DNA of 64,000 nt from an uncultured Candidatus Saccharibacteria bacterium (GTDB lineage Bacteria; Patescibacteriota; Minisyncoccia; UBA6257; 1-14-0-10-44-23): positions 121,336-185,335 of the forward strand of contig CAZJVT010000002.1 of NCBI GenBank assembly GCA_964549935.1, read 5' to 3'. Within the stretch, counting starts at the first letter, position 1, and every line of letters starts with the position of its first letter. Below the pieces are notes generated by a model that was not told the origin of the DNA, did no database searches, and was given only the letters and a program-made list of their open reading frames with translations. Positions 18,839-29,253 of this stretch are shown here, in pieces. The position numbers were made by a program, and so were the translations under genes.

Positions 18839-19000
18839 GCATAGAAGAATTTACCCCCGATGATCCATTGAGCCAGTAAACAAGGGATAATTTGGCGGTT
18901 CTAAATTTCTCCCCGTCAAATTTGATTTTTCCGAAAAAATCTGTTTCTGGAACCGTAGGCGGTCAGGATGCTTCAATTTCTACCACTTAGCTACGGTGTT
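18839..19000 (-). pseudogene. Decayed C-terminus of a large serine recombinase reading into the tRNA-Lys 3' end
   Basis: NTVAKW*KLKHPDRLRFQKQIFSE / (1-nt deletion) IKFDGEKFRTAKLSLVYWLN...MLVPPDGIE; family call from recalled motif only. Confidence 0.55.
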
Positions 19001-19041
19001 CCTAGGTATAACCTTTGACGTAGGTAGTTGCGGAGGGTAGG

Positions 19042-19359
19042 ATGCATTTTATGGGGTCATTCTTTAGCTCAGTCAGTAGCGGCGTCCTAGTAGCCATTGT
19101 AGTGGCTGTATTCGGCTTAGGAACAGTCACGGTAAGGATTGTCAGCGGCCCCGCCAAGCAAGCTTCTAAAATCGGGGACCGTCTTATTGGCGCCGCCTGG
19201 ATTATGATGATTCTAGGTGCCGTTTTATTTGGTTCCCATCAGGGCCAATTCGTAAACCTGGGCGCCAATGATATTTATGCAATGCTCGGAGCTGATTTGA
19301 TGGGTCTTAGTATTTTTTTCTGGTGCGCTGGTAAGCTCAGCCGGTTATTTTTCCGATAA
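19042..19359 (+). CDS. Hypothetical membrane protein
   Basis: 105 aa with about three hydrophobic segments; lies 4 nt before the next ORF. Confidence 0.6.
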   Translation: MHFMGSFFSSVSSGVLVAIVVAVFGLGTVTVRIVSGPAKQASKIGDRLIGAAWIMMILGAVLFGSHQGQFVNLGANDIYAMLGADLMGLSIFFWCAGKLSRLFFR

Positions 19360-19363
19360 AGAC

Positions 19364-20239
19364 ATGACTGATAATACGCAGAAACAGCAAGGTAAAAATC
19401 CGTTAAAGACCGAGCTGGATGAGTCGCATGCTGCGAGAATCAAAAAGCTCAGGGACCAGGAACCGCAGCTTGCTATATTTCTCCAGAGACACCCTGACGC
19501 TCCCGCTGAACAACGCGAAAAGGATAAAATGGCCATCGCGATAGAAATTACACGCCTGGAGGCGATTCTTGAAGGCGTCGCCCCCTTCGTTTACAAGATT
19601 CGCGGATTGATTCCCGATATGCTTGCAGAGACAAAAATTGCAGCCAGCTATTTCATCTTCGGAAAAATATTGCAGAGTTTACAGGCCATATTCGTACTTG
19701 CGAGAGGTGGTTTCCACTATGAATGCATGGAACTTATCCGCTCTATAACAGAATCAAGTGACTTAATATTTTTATTCATGTCAGGCAATGATGAGTCTGC
19801 CGATTTGAAAAAGTGGTTTTCGGGTGGGATTGTTGCAAACGAAAAGGCCCGATTAGCAATGGAAAAATTCATGAATGAGCAAGCCGCTAAGGCAGGCGTG
19901 ATCTTGCCTGTAGGTCCAATGATGGCCGGCATCTATGGGGGTCTATCAAAATACACCCACATTTCTTACGGCGCCCTCCTTGATTCATACGACCTATATA
20001 AAAAGGATTTTGATTTCGGAAGGCAGGCGGGGCACCACTATACACAGCAAAGCAGTTTGCCGTATACAGCAGATGTACTTAACGCAACGATTGTTGCGCT
20101 CAAATTTTTCTATCACTCGCTAAATGATTCGGCTACTTTCGCAGAGCTAGACGCCGCTCTAAGAAAGATTGCCCCAGAAATGTACGACCCTGAGCGGATT
20201 GAAGAGCTTACCAAGCGCACGCTAGAGAGATTCTCCTAG
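19364..20239 (+). CDS. Hypothetical helical protein, DUF5677/HEPN-like
   Basis: AIFVLARGG...ELIRSITE and IYGGLSKYTH pattern. Confidence 0.55.
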   Translation: MTDNTQKQQGKNPLKTELDESHAARIKKLRDQEPQLAIFLQRHPDAPAEQREKDKMAIAIEITRLEAILEGVAPFVYKIRGLIPDMLAETKIAASYFIFGKILQSLQAIFVLARGGFHYECMELIRSITESSDLIFLFMSGNDESADLKKWFSGGIVANEKARLAMEKFMNEQAAKAGVILPVGPMMAGIYGGLSKYTHISYGALLDSYDLYKKDFDFGRQAGHHYTQQSSLPYTADVLNATIVALKFFYHSLNDSATFAELDAALRKIAPEMYDPERIEELTKRTLERFS

Positions 20240-20351
20240 AGCACATGGACTGGACATTTGTCTCAAAATAGTTTATTATCCTGCCTACGGTTTCGTTGGC
20301 ATTTTCGGCATGTGCCGAAGTGTTGCAACGAGCCAGACAAGGAGAGAAGCG

Positions 20352-20837
20352 ATGATGAAACGTTTCGGACCGCCCTACCTGACGAAAGGCTCCGATGGAC
20401 CGTTCGTTCTGGCGATGCAGATCGCCATCAAGGCCGCGATGATGCCGCACGAGGCGGCGCTCAACATCATCTGCGATGGCGAGTTCGGCGACATGACCGA
20501 GCTCGGCGTCAAGTGTCTCCAGTCCAACCTCGGCTTCGAGGGAAGCGGCGTCGACGGCTGCTTCGGGCCGAGGACCAGGGACGCGTTCTTCCAGAAGTAC
20601 GGGATCGACTTCAACTCGATGCCCTACGGCATCTTCGCCGGAGAGACCACCTGGTTCAACGGAGACAAGAACATGGGCGTCTGGACCGGCGAGATCGCGG
20701 AAGACCCGCGCCGGCCCTGCCGCTGCAGTGCCCCGTTCTTCCTCCACGACGAGGACGGGATTCCGGATCAGTGCTCGGGGTTCAAGGAGCCCGAGCAGGC
20801 CGCCACCTCCGGCAGCACCAACTGCGGGGGTCTGTAG
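20352..20837 (+). CDS. Peptidoglycan-binding (PG_binding_1-like) protein in a GC-rich cassette
   Basis: LTKGSDGPFVLAMQ...DGEFGDMTELGVKCLQ...VDGCFGPRT; SD AAGGAG; promoter TGGACA-17-TATTAT at 20251-20279. Confidence 0.75.
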   Translation: MMKRFGPPYLTKGSDGPFVLAMQIAIKAAMMPHEAALNIICDGEFGDMTELGVKCLQSNLGFEGSGVDGCFGPRTRDAFFQKYGIDFNSMPYGIFAGETTWFNGDKNMGVWTGEIAEDPRRPCRCSAPFFLHDEDGIPDQCSGFKEPEQAATSGSTNCGGL

Positions 20838-21015
20838 GCCATGGAGGCGCTCGAGAGGAACCCCGACCCGCCTCCCGGCGGTCATGACCACTCGACGGGC
20901 AAGCACGTGAACTAGCCCGTCTCCAACGCCCGGCGCCACGGCAGCGCAAGCTGTCGTGCGCGCCGGGCCGCAATTCGCCCCTACCTCGCCCAACCGTGAG
21001 GAGGGGCGTCGTAGT

Positions 21016-21222
21016 TTTTGCCCTTACTGCATCCCTAAAGCCCCGCGTCAGGGGCTTATATAATGATCAGTAAGGGCACACCCGGCGATTATGTATTCAT
21101 AAGCGGTAAGGGTGCTTCAAATAGTTTGCATCCTTAAGCGCCGCTTCAGGCGCTTTTTAAATTGAGGAGCGAGGAGCGCACCCGACGATTGCGTACTCGC
21201 AATCGGAAAGGGTGTTTCCATG
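21016..21222 (+). repeat. Two tandem units of the ~100-bp two-hairpin repeat
   Basis: gcatccctaaagccccgcgtcaggggctt...cacccggcgatt...agggtg, then gcatccttaagcgccgcttcaggcgc...cacccgacgattgcg..cgcaatcggaaagggtgtttccatg. Confidence 0.85.
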
Positions 21223-21264
21223 CCCACGTACTCCGTATCACTTTACCAAACTAAAGTGCCACCA

Positions 21265-22371
21265 TTAACTCACCTCCCCCTCTGACTCCTCGAGCAATTT
21301 TCGTAACTTGCCACTCACCTTCTTCGGCGTCTTTACTTCGAACTGGACATACAAGTCACCATGGTTGCGCCCGCCAAATCGCGGCATACCTTTTCCGGAA
21401 ACACGAAGTGTCTCGCTCAAATTAAATCCGCTTGGAATTTCTACGGTCGTTATCCCGCCGGCAATCACCGGCACCTCAACTTTTTTACCCAGCAAAATCT
21501 CCATTACTCCGAGCGTCTGGCGAATATACAAATCATCTCCCTCGCGGCGGAATACTTTGTTCGGTACAACGCGAATCTGGACGTATAGGTCGCCACTGCG
21601 CGCACCACGCTCGCCCGCCTCACCGGCTCCAGTGATTTTAATCAGCTGGCCGTCAGAAACGCCGGCAACTATTTCGATCTGCAAAGTGCGGGTCGCTGAC
21701 ACGCGGCCAACGCCTTTACACCCCTCGCACATCTTGTTTGGAATCTCGCCACGGCCTGCGCACTTCGAACACGCTTTCGACTGTGCAAAAGTACCAAAGA
21801 CTGTGCGGCGCGTCTCGCGAACCTCGCCCGCTCCTTTACAAACGTCACACTGTTTTACGCCGGCGGACTTTTCGTAACCCACTCCCTTACACGTACCACA
21901 CGAATCAAACGTTTTAAACTTTAACTCCTTCGTCACTCCCGTGTACGCCTCCTCGAGAGTGATTTCTTGAGTAATTTGTAAATCACTACCGCTTAAGTCG
22001 CGTGCCCGCGGACCGCCGCGACGGCGCCCACCGCCGAAAAATGTTTCAAAAATATCGCCGACGTCGCCAAGGTCGTCCATATTGATGCCGTTTACATCAA
22101 AACCAAATCCGCCCTGGCCGAAGCCGCCAAAGCCCGCTCCCTGCCCGCCAAAACCGGCGCCGGCAGCGCCGGCTTTACCAAAACGGTCGTACTGGGCGCG
22201 CTTCTCTTTATCCGACAAAACCTGATAGGCCTCGTTGATTTCTTTAAACTTTTTTTCATCACCCCCCTCTTTATCCGGGTGGTGTTGATGTGCCAGCTTC
22301 CTAAAAGCCTTTTTTATCTCATCCTCGCTGGCGGTTTTGCTGACTCCAAGTAGTTCGTAGTAGTCGGCCAT
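21265..22371 (-). CDS. dnaJ: Chaperone DnaJ
   Basis: J domain HPD, G/F region, four CxxCxGxG repeats. Confidence 0.97.
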   Translation of the reverse strand: MADYYELLGVSKTASEDEIKKAFRKLAHQHHPDKEGGDEKKFKEINEAYQVLSDKEKRAQYDRFGKAGAAGAGFGGQGAGFGGFGQGGFGFDVNGINMDDLGDVGDIFETFFGGGRRRGGPRARDLSGSDLQITQEITLEEAYTGVTKELKFKTFDSCGTCKGVGYEKSAGVKQCDVCKGAGEVRETRRTVFGTFAQSKACSKCAGRGEIPNKMCEGCKGVGRVSATRTLQIEIVAGVSDGQLIKITGAGEAGERGARSGDLYVQIRVVPNKVFRREGDDLYIRQTLGVMEILLGKKVEVPVIAGGITTVEIPSGFNLSETLRVSGKGMPRFGGRNHGDLYVQFEVKTPKKVSGKLRKLLEESEGEVS

Positions 22372-22377
22372 AAATTA

Positions 22378-22524
22378 ACGATGCAAATATACAAATGTAT
22401 ACTAATAATACGAATGGGCTGCAGAGGTGCAACTATATCTTAAAATACATCTCTTATCAAATAAACGCTGCAGCAACATTCATTGTGCTTTGCGCATTCG
22501 CACCCATTCGTATATTGGCATCGT
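22378..22524. repeat. Paired inverted degenerate arrays (acgaat/actaat type)
   Basis: acgatgcaaatatacaaatgtatactaataatacgaatggg ... cccattcgtatattggcatcgt. Confidence 0.6.
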
Positions 22525-23562
22525 TTATTTAATAAGTAATATCTCTTTCGGGCGCGATTCCGAACCGATGCTGATCACGCCGACAGAGAACAAAAGCGTG
22601 TATAGCAAATAGGTCAGGGCTAAAACCGGGAGTTTCACAATGATCAAAATGCTGCGCAGAGAGAAAGCCGCAAGTAAAAGCGCGAGTAGCGCCGCGGGCG
22701 CTCCCAGCCCAAGCGTATTCACCTTATCAAGTCCGAGCTGCAAAATGCGATAAGCATACTCGCCGATCGTTTCGTTTGGAGCGACGGGAATGCCGACCTG
22801 TTCGCCAATACGATCAAGTACGCCCTGTGTCGTGAGCTGCTCGGCTGCGCCTTGTTGGGCCACCGACAAAGCGGCAAACTGCGCCTGATTCAAAAGCTGC
22901 TTACGTACGTATTCACTTACAGCGTCATGCACTTTCGTATTTACCGTTACCGGAAAGTTGAGGGCATAGCTAATTGGCCTTTCCGCTCCTTTAAAAATCA
23001 ATTCGAATGTCGATTGCGGAACACCGCCTGCCGCTTGGTACAGGCCGATAGTAAATACCGCGGCAAAAACGGTAAAGGCTGTAAAAAATGAAGCATCGAA
23101 GGCGCTCGCGTATTTAAAAAACCTAATTTGCATTCCCTCATCAAACGTCGATCGCGCGGCGATGTATCCCCGAACGATGAAGGCGAAAAATAAAGCGGCG
23201 GCGGCAATAAACCAGCCGCTAATACCGACATAGAAAGAGAAAAGGACTGCGGCTGACTGTGCAGCAACGAGGACAATATTCCAAAACCTGCTCACAACTA
23301 ATATGGACTGCATAATCATCAGCGAAGCAAGGCAAACTGCTGCTGCGGCGATAACGCCGGCAGTCCCAAAGTTCGGAATATCTAAAAATCCGCGGATACT
23401 TATGCTAAACCAAATCGCGCAGGCAACGCCCAAAACACCAAAAATGCTTGCGTACAAGAAATCATGATCGACGCCGGCGCTAGCGACTTCAGAACTGATT
23501 TTCTGAGCCCCCTCGACGCTGTCGTCTTGCAGACCGCGCATTCGGATAAGCGGATTTTCCAT
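22525..23562 (-). CDS. Hypothetical multi-pass membrane protein
   Basis: 345 aa with many hydrophobic segments, between dnaK and dnaJ. Confidence 0.75.
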   Translation of the reverse strand: MENPLIRMRGLQDDSVEGAQKISSEVASAGVDHDFLYASIFGVLGVACAIWFSISIRGFLDIPNFGTAGVIAAAAVCLASLMIMQSILVVSRFWNIVLVAAQSAAVLFSFYVGISGWFIAAAALFFAFIVRGYIAARSTFDEGMQIRFFKYASAFDASFFTAFTVFAAVFTIGLYQAAGGVPQSTFELIFKGAERPISYALNFPVTVNTKVHDAVSEYVRKQLLNQAQFAALSVAQQGAAEQLTTQGVLDRIGEQVGIPVAPNETIGEYAYRILQLGLDKVNTLGLGAPAALLALLLAAFSLRSILIIVKLPVLALTYLLYTLLFSVGVISIGSESRPKEILLIK

Positions 23563-23656
23563 ATAGTTAGTATACCCTAGATGGAAACGTTCCGGGCGAC
23601 GCAGTAGCGTCGCCCGGCCGATCTCTCTATCCTAAATACTATCTACTAACTCCTGT

Positions 23657-25525
23657 CTACTGCCCCTTCGGCTGCTCACCCTCCGGCGGCGCTCCCGCCT
23701 CCGGACCGGCAGCTCCCGGCTGTGCGCCACCCTGCATCGCCGGACCCATTTTCTGGAGTTCGGCTCCAAGCGCATCAATTTCTTTTTTGATTCCATCAGC
23801 AGTACCGGTCTCGCGCGCAGTCTTTAAATCAGCAATGCGCTTGGTAATCGAGTCCTTAAGTTCGCCCGGCACCTTGTCGCCGCCATCCTTCAAAGCTTTT
23901 TCGGCAGTATAGATAAGCTGCTCGGCGTGGTTACGCGCCTCAGCCAATTCTTTTTTCTGCTTGTCGGCCTCGCGGTTAGCTTCGGCATCACGCTTCAACT
24001 TTTCAATCTCATCTTTGGAAAGTGCGGTCGAGGCCTCGATCTTAACTGTCTGCACTTTACCAGAGGTCTTGTCTTTCGCCGAAACTGAAACGATACCGTT
24101 AGCATCAATGTCAAAAGAAACCTCAACCTGCGGCATACCGCGTGGCGCCGGCGGAATCCCGTCGAGGATAAATCGAGCGAGCGTCTTGTTGTCCGCAGCC
24201 ATCTCACGCTCTCCCTGGAGCACGTGGATTTCTACCGAAGTCTGATTGTCCGCGGCGGTTGAGAAGACCTGACTCTTGGTCGTCGGGACGGTTGTGTTGC
24301 GCTCAATGAGCTTGGTCGAAACGCCTCCAAGTGTTTCGATACCGAGTGAGAGCGGTGTAACGTCGAGCAGCAGCACGTCTTTGACGTCGCCCTGCAAAAT
24401 ACCAGCCTGCACTGCAGCACCGGCGGCGACAACCTCGTCCGGGTTGATACCCAGGTGCGGCTCCTTGCCAAAAAATTTCTGGACAGCGGCCTGCATCGCC
24501 GGCATACGAGTCTGACCACCAACGAGAATCACCTCGTTAATATCGGCGACTTTAAAACCGGAGTCGTTCAAAACTTTTTCAACGATTTTAATCGAGAGCG
24601 CGATTTCGTTACCCACGAGCTCCTCGAGCTTGGCGCGCGTCATCTTCATCAAAAGATGCTTCGGCCCACTGGCATCAGAGGTTATATAAGGAATGTTGAT
24701 TTCGGTTTCGATTGAAGTCGAAAGCTCGTGCTTCGCACGCTCGGCCGCCTCCTTTAAGCGCTGGACCGCGAGAGCGTCTTTGCTGACATCAATACCGTCC
24801 TGCTTCTTATACTCCGCGGCGATGTACTCCTGAATCTTCTTATCAAAGTCGTCACCACCGAGGTGTGTGTCACCACCGGTCGCCTTAACCTCAACGACGT
24901 CGTCGCCTACTTCAAGCACTGAAACGTCAAAGGTTCCGCCACCGAAGTCGTAGACGACAATCTTTTCATTTTTCTTTTTGTTAAAACCGTAGGCGAGCGC
25001 GGCGGCAGTCGGCTCGTTGATGATGCGCTTTACGGTGAGCCCGGCGATTTCACCGGCGTTCTTCGTCGCCTGACGCTGACCGTCATCGAAGTAAGCCGGC
25101 ACGGTGATGACGGCTTCGGTAACCGGTTCGCCAAGACGCGCCTCGGCGTCGGCCTTAAGCTTGCCAAGCACCATGGCCGAGATCTCCTCCGGCGTATACC
25201 ACTTGTCACCCATCTTCACGTCCACACCACCATTCGCTGAAGCTTTGATCTCATACGGCAACCACTTCGCGTCACGAGCAACCTCCGGGTCGCTAAACTT
25301 ACGGCCGATGAGGCGCTTAACTGAAAAGATGGTGTTCTTCGGATTCGTCACCGACTGGCGCTTGGCCAGCAAACCGACGACGCGCTCGTTCGTTTTTGAA
25401 ACTGCGACGATTGACGGCGTAGTGCGATTACCCTCCGCATTTTCTAAAATTTTTGGCGCACCGCCCTCCATGACGGCAACCGCCGAGTTTGTCGTTCCCA
25501 AGTCGATACCAATAATTTTTCCCAT
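23657..25525 (-). CDS. dnaK: Chaperone DnaK
   Basis: [32 protein letters not shown]. Confidence 0.98.
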   Translation of the reverse strand: MGKIIGIDLGTTNSAVAVMEGGAPKILENAEGNRTTPSIVAVSKTNERVVGLLAKRQSVTNPKNTIFSVKRLIGRKFSDPEVARDAKWLPYEIKASANGGVDVKMGDKWYTPEEISAMVLGKLKADAEARLGEPVTEAVITVPAYFDDGQRQATKNAGEIAGLTVKRIINEPTAAALAYGFNKKKNEKIVVYDFGGGTFDVSVLEVGDDVVEVKATGGDTHLGGDDFDKKIQEYIAAEYKKQDGIDVSKDALAVQRLKEAAERAKHELSTSIETEINIPYITSDASGPKHLLMKMTRAKLEELVGNEIALSIKIVEKVLNDSGFKVADINEVILVGGQTRMPAMQAAVQKFFGKEPHLGINPDEVVAAGAAVQAGILQGDVKDVLLLDVTPLSLGIETLGGVSTKLIERNTTVPTTKSQVFSTAADNQTSVEIHVLQGEREMAADNKTLARFILDGIPPAPRGMPQVEVSFDIDANGIVSVSAKDKTSGKVQTVKIEASTALSKDEIEKLKRDAEANREADKQKKELAEARNHAEQLIYTAEKALKDGGDKVPGELKDSITKRIADLKTARETGTADGIKKEIDALGAELQKMGPAMQGGAQPGAAGPEAGAPPEGEQPKGQ

Positions 25526-25561
25526 AGTGTTGTAAATATATAGTACAGTTTTTTGACCTTT

Positions 25562-26065
25562 TTATTTCACCAATTTTACTTTCGCCGCTCGGATAACTCT
25601 GCCTTCCATTTCGTACCCTGCAACCAACTCTTCTAAAATCTTGCCGGAGAGATTCTCACTATCCGGAGGTGCGTCTACCTCCATCATCGCCTCATGCTTA
25701 CTCGGATCAAACATATCTCCTTTCGCGACTGCGATTTTTTCGACACCCAAGCGTTTCAGAATTTCCAAAAATTGACTTTGAATCAGCGCAACGCCCTTGA
25801 CCGCCGGGTCATCTTTTTTGAATGTTGCGAGAGCAAAGCCAACGCTATCGAGCACGGGTAACAACTCACGAACCATCCGGACACTCGCGTAACCAGCCGC
25901 TTCGTCAAACCGCTTTGCTTCGTCTTTTTTATAGTTTACAAAATCTGCCTGGGCGCGCTTCCAACCGTTTAAATACTCATCGCGCTTTGCCTCGGCTTCT
26001 TGCAGCTTGGCCGCAAACTCATTTGCGGCGTCAGGCTGGGCCTGGTTGTTTTGATCGTCGCTCAT
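25562..26065 (-). CDS. grpE: Nucleotide exchange factor GrpE
   Basis: RAQADFVNYKK, FDPSKHEA, GY...RVIRAAKV. Confidence 0.95.
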   Translation of the reverse strand: MSDDQNNQAQPDAANEFAAKLQEAEAKRDEYLNGWKRAQADFVNYKKDEAKRFDEAAGYASVRMVRELLPVLDSVGFALATFKKDDPAVKGVALIQSQFLEILKRLGVEKIAVAKGDMFDPSKHEAMMEVDAPPDSENLSGKILEELVAGYEMEGRVIRAAKVKLVK

Positions 26066-26153
26066 AGTTTTAGTGCTTCTATTTTAGTCGAGTTTGCACC
26101 TCTGTCAACCGTCCTACACAGCCAATTCCCCGAAGTACGAGTATAATGTACAT

Positions 26154-27065
26154 ATGCGCTCACTCAAAGGCAAAAATATTACCTGGTACGACATCGTCAA
26201 ACCAAACGACGAGGATCTGGCCGAAATCGTCAAAGTCCACCCGCTCCACCCGATTATCGTCGAGGAGCTCGCTCATCAAAGCAACCGAACTCGCATTGAA
26301 CACTACGGCGACTATTTATTTTTGGTCTACCACTTCCCTGAATACGACCCGGTGACCAAAACCAGCCGCCGCACCGAACTCGACTTCGTCATCACGAAAA
26401 ATAAAATCATCACCGTCCACTACGAGCCGCTTAAACAGCTCGACGGTCTTTTCGATTACCTCGGCAAAGATGCAAAAGAGCGCGCTCGTATTCTTTCCGG
26501 CGACACGCTGCTTGGCACCTATTATATTTTCGAACGCCTTATCGCCTTCAGCCTTCGCCAACTGCGCCACATCGAAGAAGAGGTCGCTAAAATCGGCGCC
26601 AACATCTTTACTGACCGCGAAGAAGAACTGCTACGCGACATTTCGACGATCAAGCGTGACATTATTGATTTCCGCCTCATCACCCACTCACAGGAGCACT
26701 TCTTAAACACGCTGCGTGAACTCGGCGAACGCTTCTGGGGCAAGAAGAGCGAGATTTATATGAACGACCTGGTCAACGACAACCAGCCGGTTCACCGCAA
26801 TATCGAAAACTACTACGAAACGATTGAGTCACTGGAAAGCACCAATGGCCAACTGCTTGATGCAAAAACCAACCGCATCATCAAACGCTTCACCGTCGGC
26901 GCGTTCCTCTTTTCAATTCCGCTCTACTTCGTCTTCTACTCCGAGTTTTCGTATATCCACGCCATCTTTGCAGCAACTCCGCTGGCGTTTTGGACCTCGT
27001 TTGTCGTTATTCACAGCGTCGTGATAACGCTTTGGTTTGTTTTCAAAAAACGGAAAATTATATAG
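26154..27065 (+). CDS. corA: CorA-family divalent cation transporter
   Basis: WYDIVKP, LHPIIVEE, RTRIEHY, N.IIKRFT before two TMs; GMN motif not found. Confidence 0.8.
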   Translation: MRSLKGKNITWYDIVKPNDEDLAEIVKVHPLHPIIVEELAHQSNRTRIEHYGDYLFLVYHFPEYDPVTKTSRRTELDFVITKNKIITVHYEPLKQLDGLFDYLGKDAKERARILSGDTLLGTYYIFERLIAFSLRQLRHIEEEVAKIGANIFTDREEELLRDISTIKRDIIDFRLITHSQEHFLNTLRELGERFWGKKSEIYMNDLVNDNQPVHRNIENYYETIESLESTNGQLLDAKTNRIIKRFTVGAFLFSIPLYFVFYSEFSYIHAIFAATPLAFWTSFVVIHSVVITLWFVFKKRKII

Positions 27066-27153
27066 TGTTCACGAACATACGAACTCTCGAAACACACTAA
27101 CGGGAGTGAGATTTTTGTTCGCATGATTAGTGTGTTTGTATGTTAGCGATTAC
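27060..27153. repeat. ~100-bp foldback element, copy 2
   Basis: atatagtgttcacgaacatacgaactctcgaaacacactaacgg...tgtatgttagcgattact. Confidence 0.7.
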
Positions 27154-27232
27154 TATAAAAAACACATAGCCGCCCGACACGACTAGAGGTGTTGGACGGC
27201 TTAGATTGCGAAGTGTCGGGTAGAACTAGCGG

Positions 27233-27604
27233 TCACTCGGGAACGAGCCTGGTGAAGTGGCCGTCGGAGGCGACGACGCCTTCGGGGCGAAGCGCCAGAA
27301 CCCAGTCGACGACCCTGATGAAGACCGGGAACTCTTCCCATGCCTGCGAGAAGAGTCTGTGTCTATACCAGAGGTCAACGATCACGTAGTGACAGGAAAC
27401 GGATGCCGCGGACTTGTAGGAATACGGATGCTCTTTGGTCCCGTACCCTACGACATAGTTCACTTGATCACCCCCGCTGTATGGCCGCGAGTCATACCGT
27501 CCATCGTCCGGGTTCGGTTCGAGGACGGTGATGCCGTCTTCCTTGGAGAGGTGGATCGGACCGGCCTTGCGCCGGGCTTCAGCGAACGAGAAGTCTCTAC
27601 TCAT
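27233..27604 (-). CDS. Orphan protein in a GC-rich cassette
   Basis: SD GGGAGGGAG before MSRDFSF; C/G-ending codon bias. Confidence 0.65.
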   Translation of the reverse strand: MSRDFSFAEARRKAGPIHLSKEDGITVLEPNPDDGRYDSRPYSGGDQVNYVVGYGTKEHPYSYKSAASVSCHYVIVDLWYRHRLFSQAWEEFPVFIRVVDWVLALRPEGVVASDGHFTRLVPE

Positions 27605-27672
27605 GTCTCCCTCCCGGAGCATGGCCGGACAATACCGGCATTGGTGTTTTCTACCCGAATTTGGGTGCATAT

Positions 27673-27701
27673 ATTATACACCCATTTATCTATTTTGTCA
27701 A
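27673..27701 (-). promoter_or_regulatory. Consensus sigma70 promoter
   Basis: TTGACA-17nt-TATAAT. Confidence 0.8.
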
Positions 27702-27742
27702 TCCCCCTGCCCTAAGTTTTCTTTTTCTAGTAAACTAGATAC

Positions 27743-29179
27743 ATGCGTATTTTTGACACCCTCTCCGGCGAGAAAAAAGAACTCAAGCAGCCAAAGGCGT
27801 TTGGGATTTTTAAGAAGCCAATTAATATGTTTGTCTGCGGACCGACTGTTTACGACTACCCGCACATCGGCAACGCGCGCACGTTTGTCTTCTTCGATAT
27901 GTTTACCCGCTACCTGCGCAGCCAGGGTATACAAATAAAGTATTTGCAAAACATTACCGACATCGACGACAAGATTATCCAGAAGGCCAAAGACGAAAAC
28001 ACCACCTGGCAGGAGGTGAGTAAAAAGTACGAGGCGATTTATTTTGCCGACCTCAAGGCGCTCGGCGTGGATACTGCAAACATGCAGTTTGCGAAAGCGA
28101 CCGAATTTATTCCGGAAATTATCGCCCAGGTAAAGCGTCTGCGCGACAAAGGCTTCGCCTACAAAATCGATGGCGACGGTTGGTATTTTGATATCACGAA
28201 GTACGTCGGTTACGGCGAGCTCGCCCACCGCACGGTGCAGCAGGCAGAGGACGGCGTCACCCGCGTGGATAACAGCGACAAGAAGCGTAATGCGGGCGAC
28301 TTTTGTTTGTGGAAGTTGAGTTCGCAAATCGTAAATCGTGAATCGCAGATCGTTGAAAAAGCAGAACCAAGCTGGGAAAATGCCGAGCTCGGTGCCGGCC
28401 GCCCGGGTTGGCACATCGAGGACACGGCAATAACCGAAAAGATTTTAGGCGCGCAGTACGATATCCACGGCGGCGCGATTGACCTCAAGTTCCCCCACCA
28501 CGAAGCCGAACGCGCGCAGCAGGAGTCCGCGAGCGGCAAAACCCCGTTTGTGAACATTTGGATGCACGCTGGCTTTTTGACAATCAACGGAGCGAAGATG
28601 AGTAAATCACTGGGCAACTTCCTGACAGTTGATGACGTGCTTAAAAAAATGACGGCGGACGAGTTCCGGATGATGCTGCTCATGACCCACTACCGAAAGC
28701 CGCTGGATTTTACCGATGAGAGAATGCATTCTGCAAAAAAAGTTATTGCTCAAACCCATGAATTACTTTGGGAGCTCATTCAGGCTAAATCAGAAAAACG
28801 AAATGAAGCGATGGAAAATGAATTCGCTGTGGCTCGTCAAAAATTCGACGAATTTATTAATGATGATTTTGATACCTACAAAGCGTTTGGGTTGGCAATC
28901 GGCGTCTTAGAGAACCAAGCGCATGCGCTAAGAGGATCTTTGACTGCTGACCAAGCCCTAGAGATTTCCAATTACATTAAGAAAATCTTCGCCTTTTTCG
29001 GCATAATACTGCCTACTCCGGAAATCCCTGAACAAGTCCAAAAACTACTTGAGCAGCGCGAGTTATCCCGTGTTAATAAACAGTTTGCTCAATCTGACGC
29101 CTTGCGTAAGGAAATAGAAGGGTTAGGATATGTCATAGAAGACACTCCTGCCGGACCGCTCGTTTTACCTAAATCGTAA
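27743..29179 (+). CDS. cysS: Cysteinyl-tRNA synthetase
   Basis: CGPTVY, HIGN, GRPGWHIE, KMSKS. Confidence 0.97.
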   Translation: MRIFDTLSGEKKELKQPKAFGIFKKPINMFVCGPTVYDYPHIGNARTFVFFDMFTRYLRSQGIQIKYLQNITDIDDKIIQKAKDENTTWQEVSKKYEAIYFADLKALGVDTANMQFAKATEFIPEIIAQVKRLRDKGFAYKIDGDGWYFDITKYVGYGELAHRTVQQAEDGVTRVDNSDKKRNAGDFCLWKLSSQIVNRESQIVEKAEPSWENAELGAGRPGWHIEDTAITEKILGAQYDIHGGAIDLKFPHHEAERAQQESASGKTPFVNIWMHAGFLTINGAKMSKSLGNFLTVDDVLKKMTADEFRMMLLMTHYRKPLDFTDERMHSAKKVIAQTHELLWELIQAKSEKRNEAMENEFAVARQKFDEFINDDFDTYKAFGLAIGVLENQAHALRGSLTADQALEISNYIKKIFAFFGIILPTPEIPEQVQKLLEQRELSRVNKQFAQSDALRKEIEGLGYVIEDTPAGPLVLPKS

Positions 29180-29253
29180 AACGTAGATCGTAGATCCTGC
29201 TCGGAGGTCTCCCACGTTTCACGTTTTACGTTCTACGCTTCACGTTCCACGCT
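29171..29253. repeat. Paired inverted 7-mer arrays between cysS and dnaB (empty loop)
   Basis: aaatcgtaaaacgtagatcgtag ... cacgtttcacgttttacgttctacgcttcacgttcc. Confidence 0.75.

Noticed and set aside
20990-21230. CRISPR array or integron attC array from the ~100-bp repeats
   Set aside because: Units are long, dispersed and lack unique equal-length spacers. No cas operon or intI is present, and no RYYYAAC/GTTRRRY ends were recognised.
26066-26150. CIRCE operator before grpE-dnaK
   Set aside because: No TTAGCACTC-N9-GAGTGCTAA; only a sigma70-like TTGACA/TAAAAT promoter.
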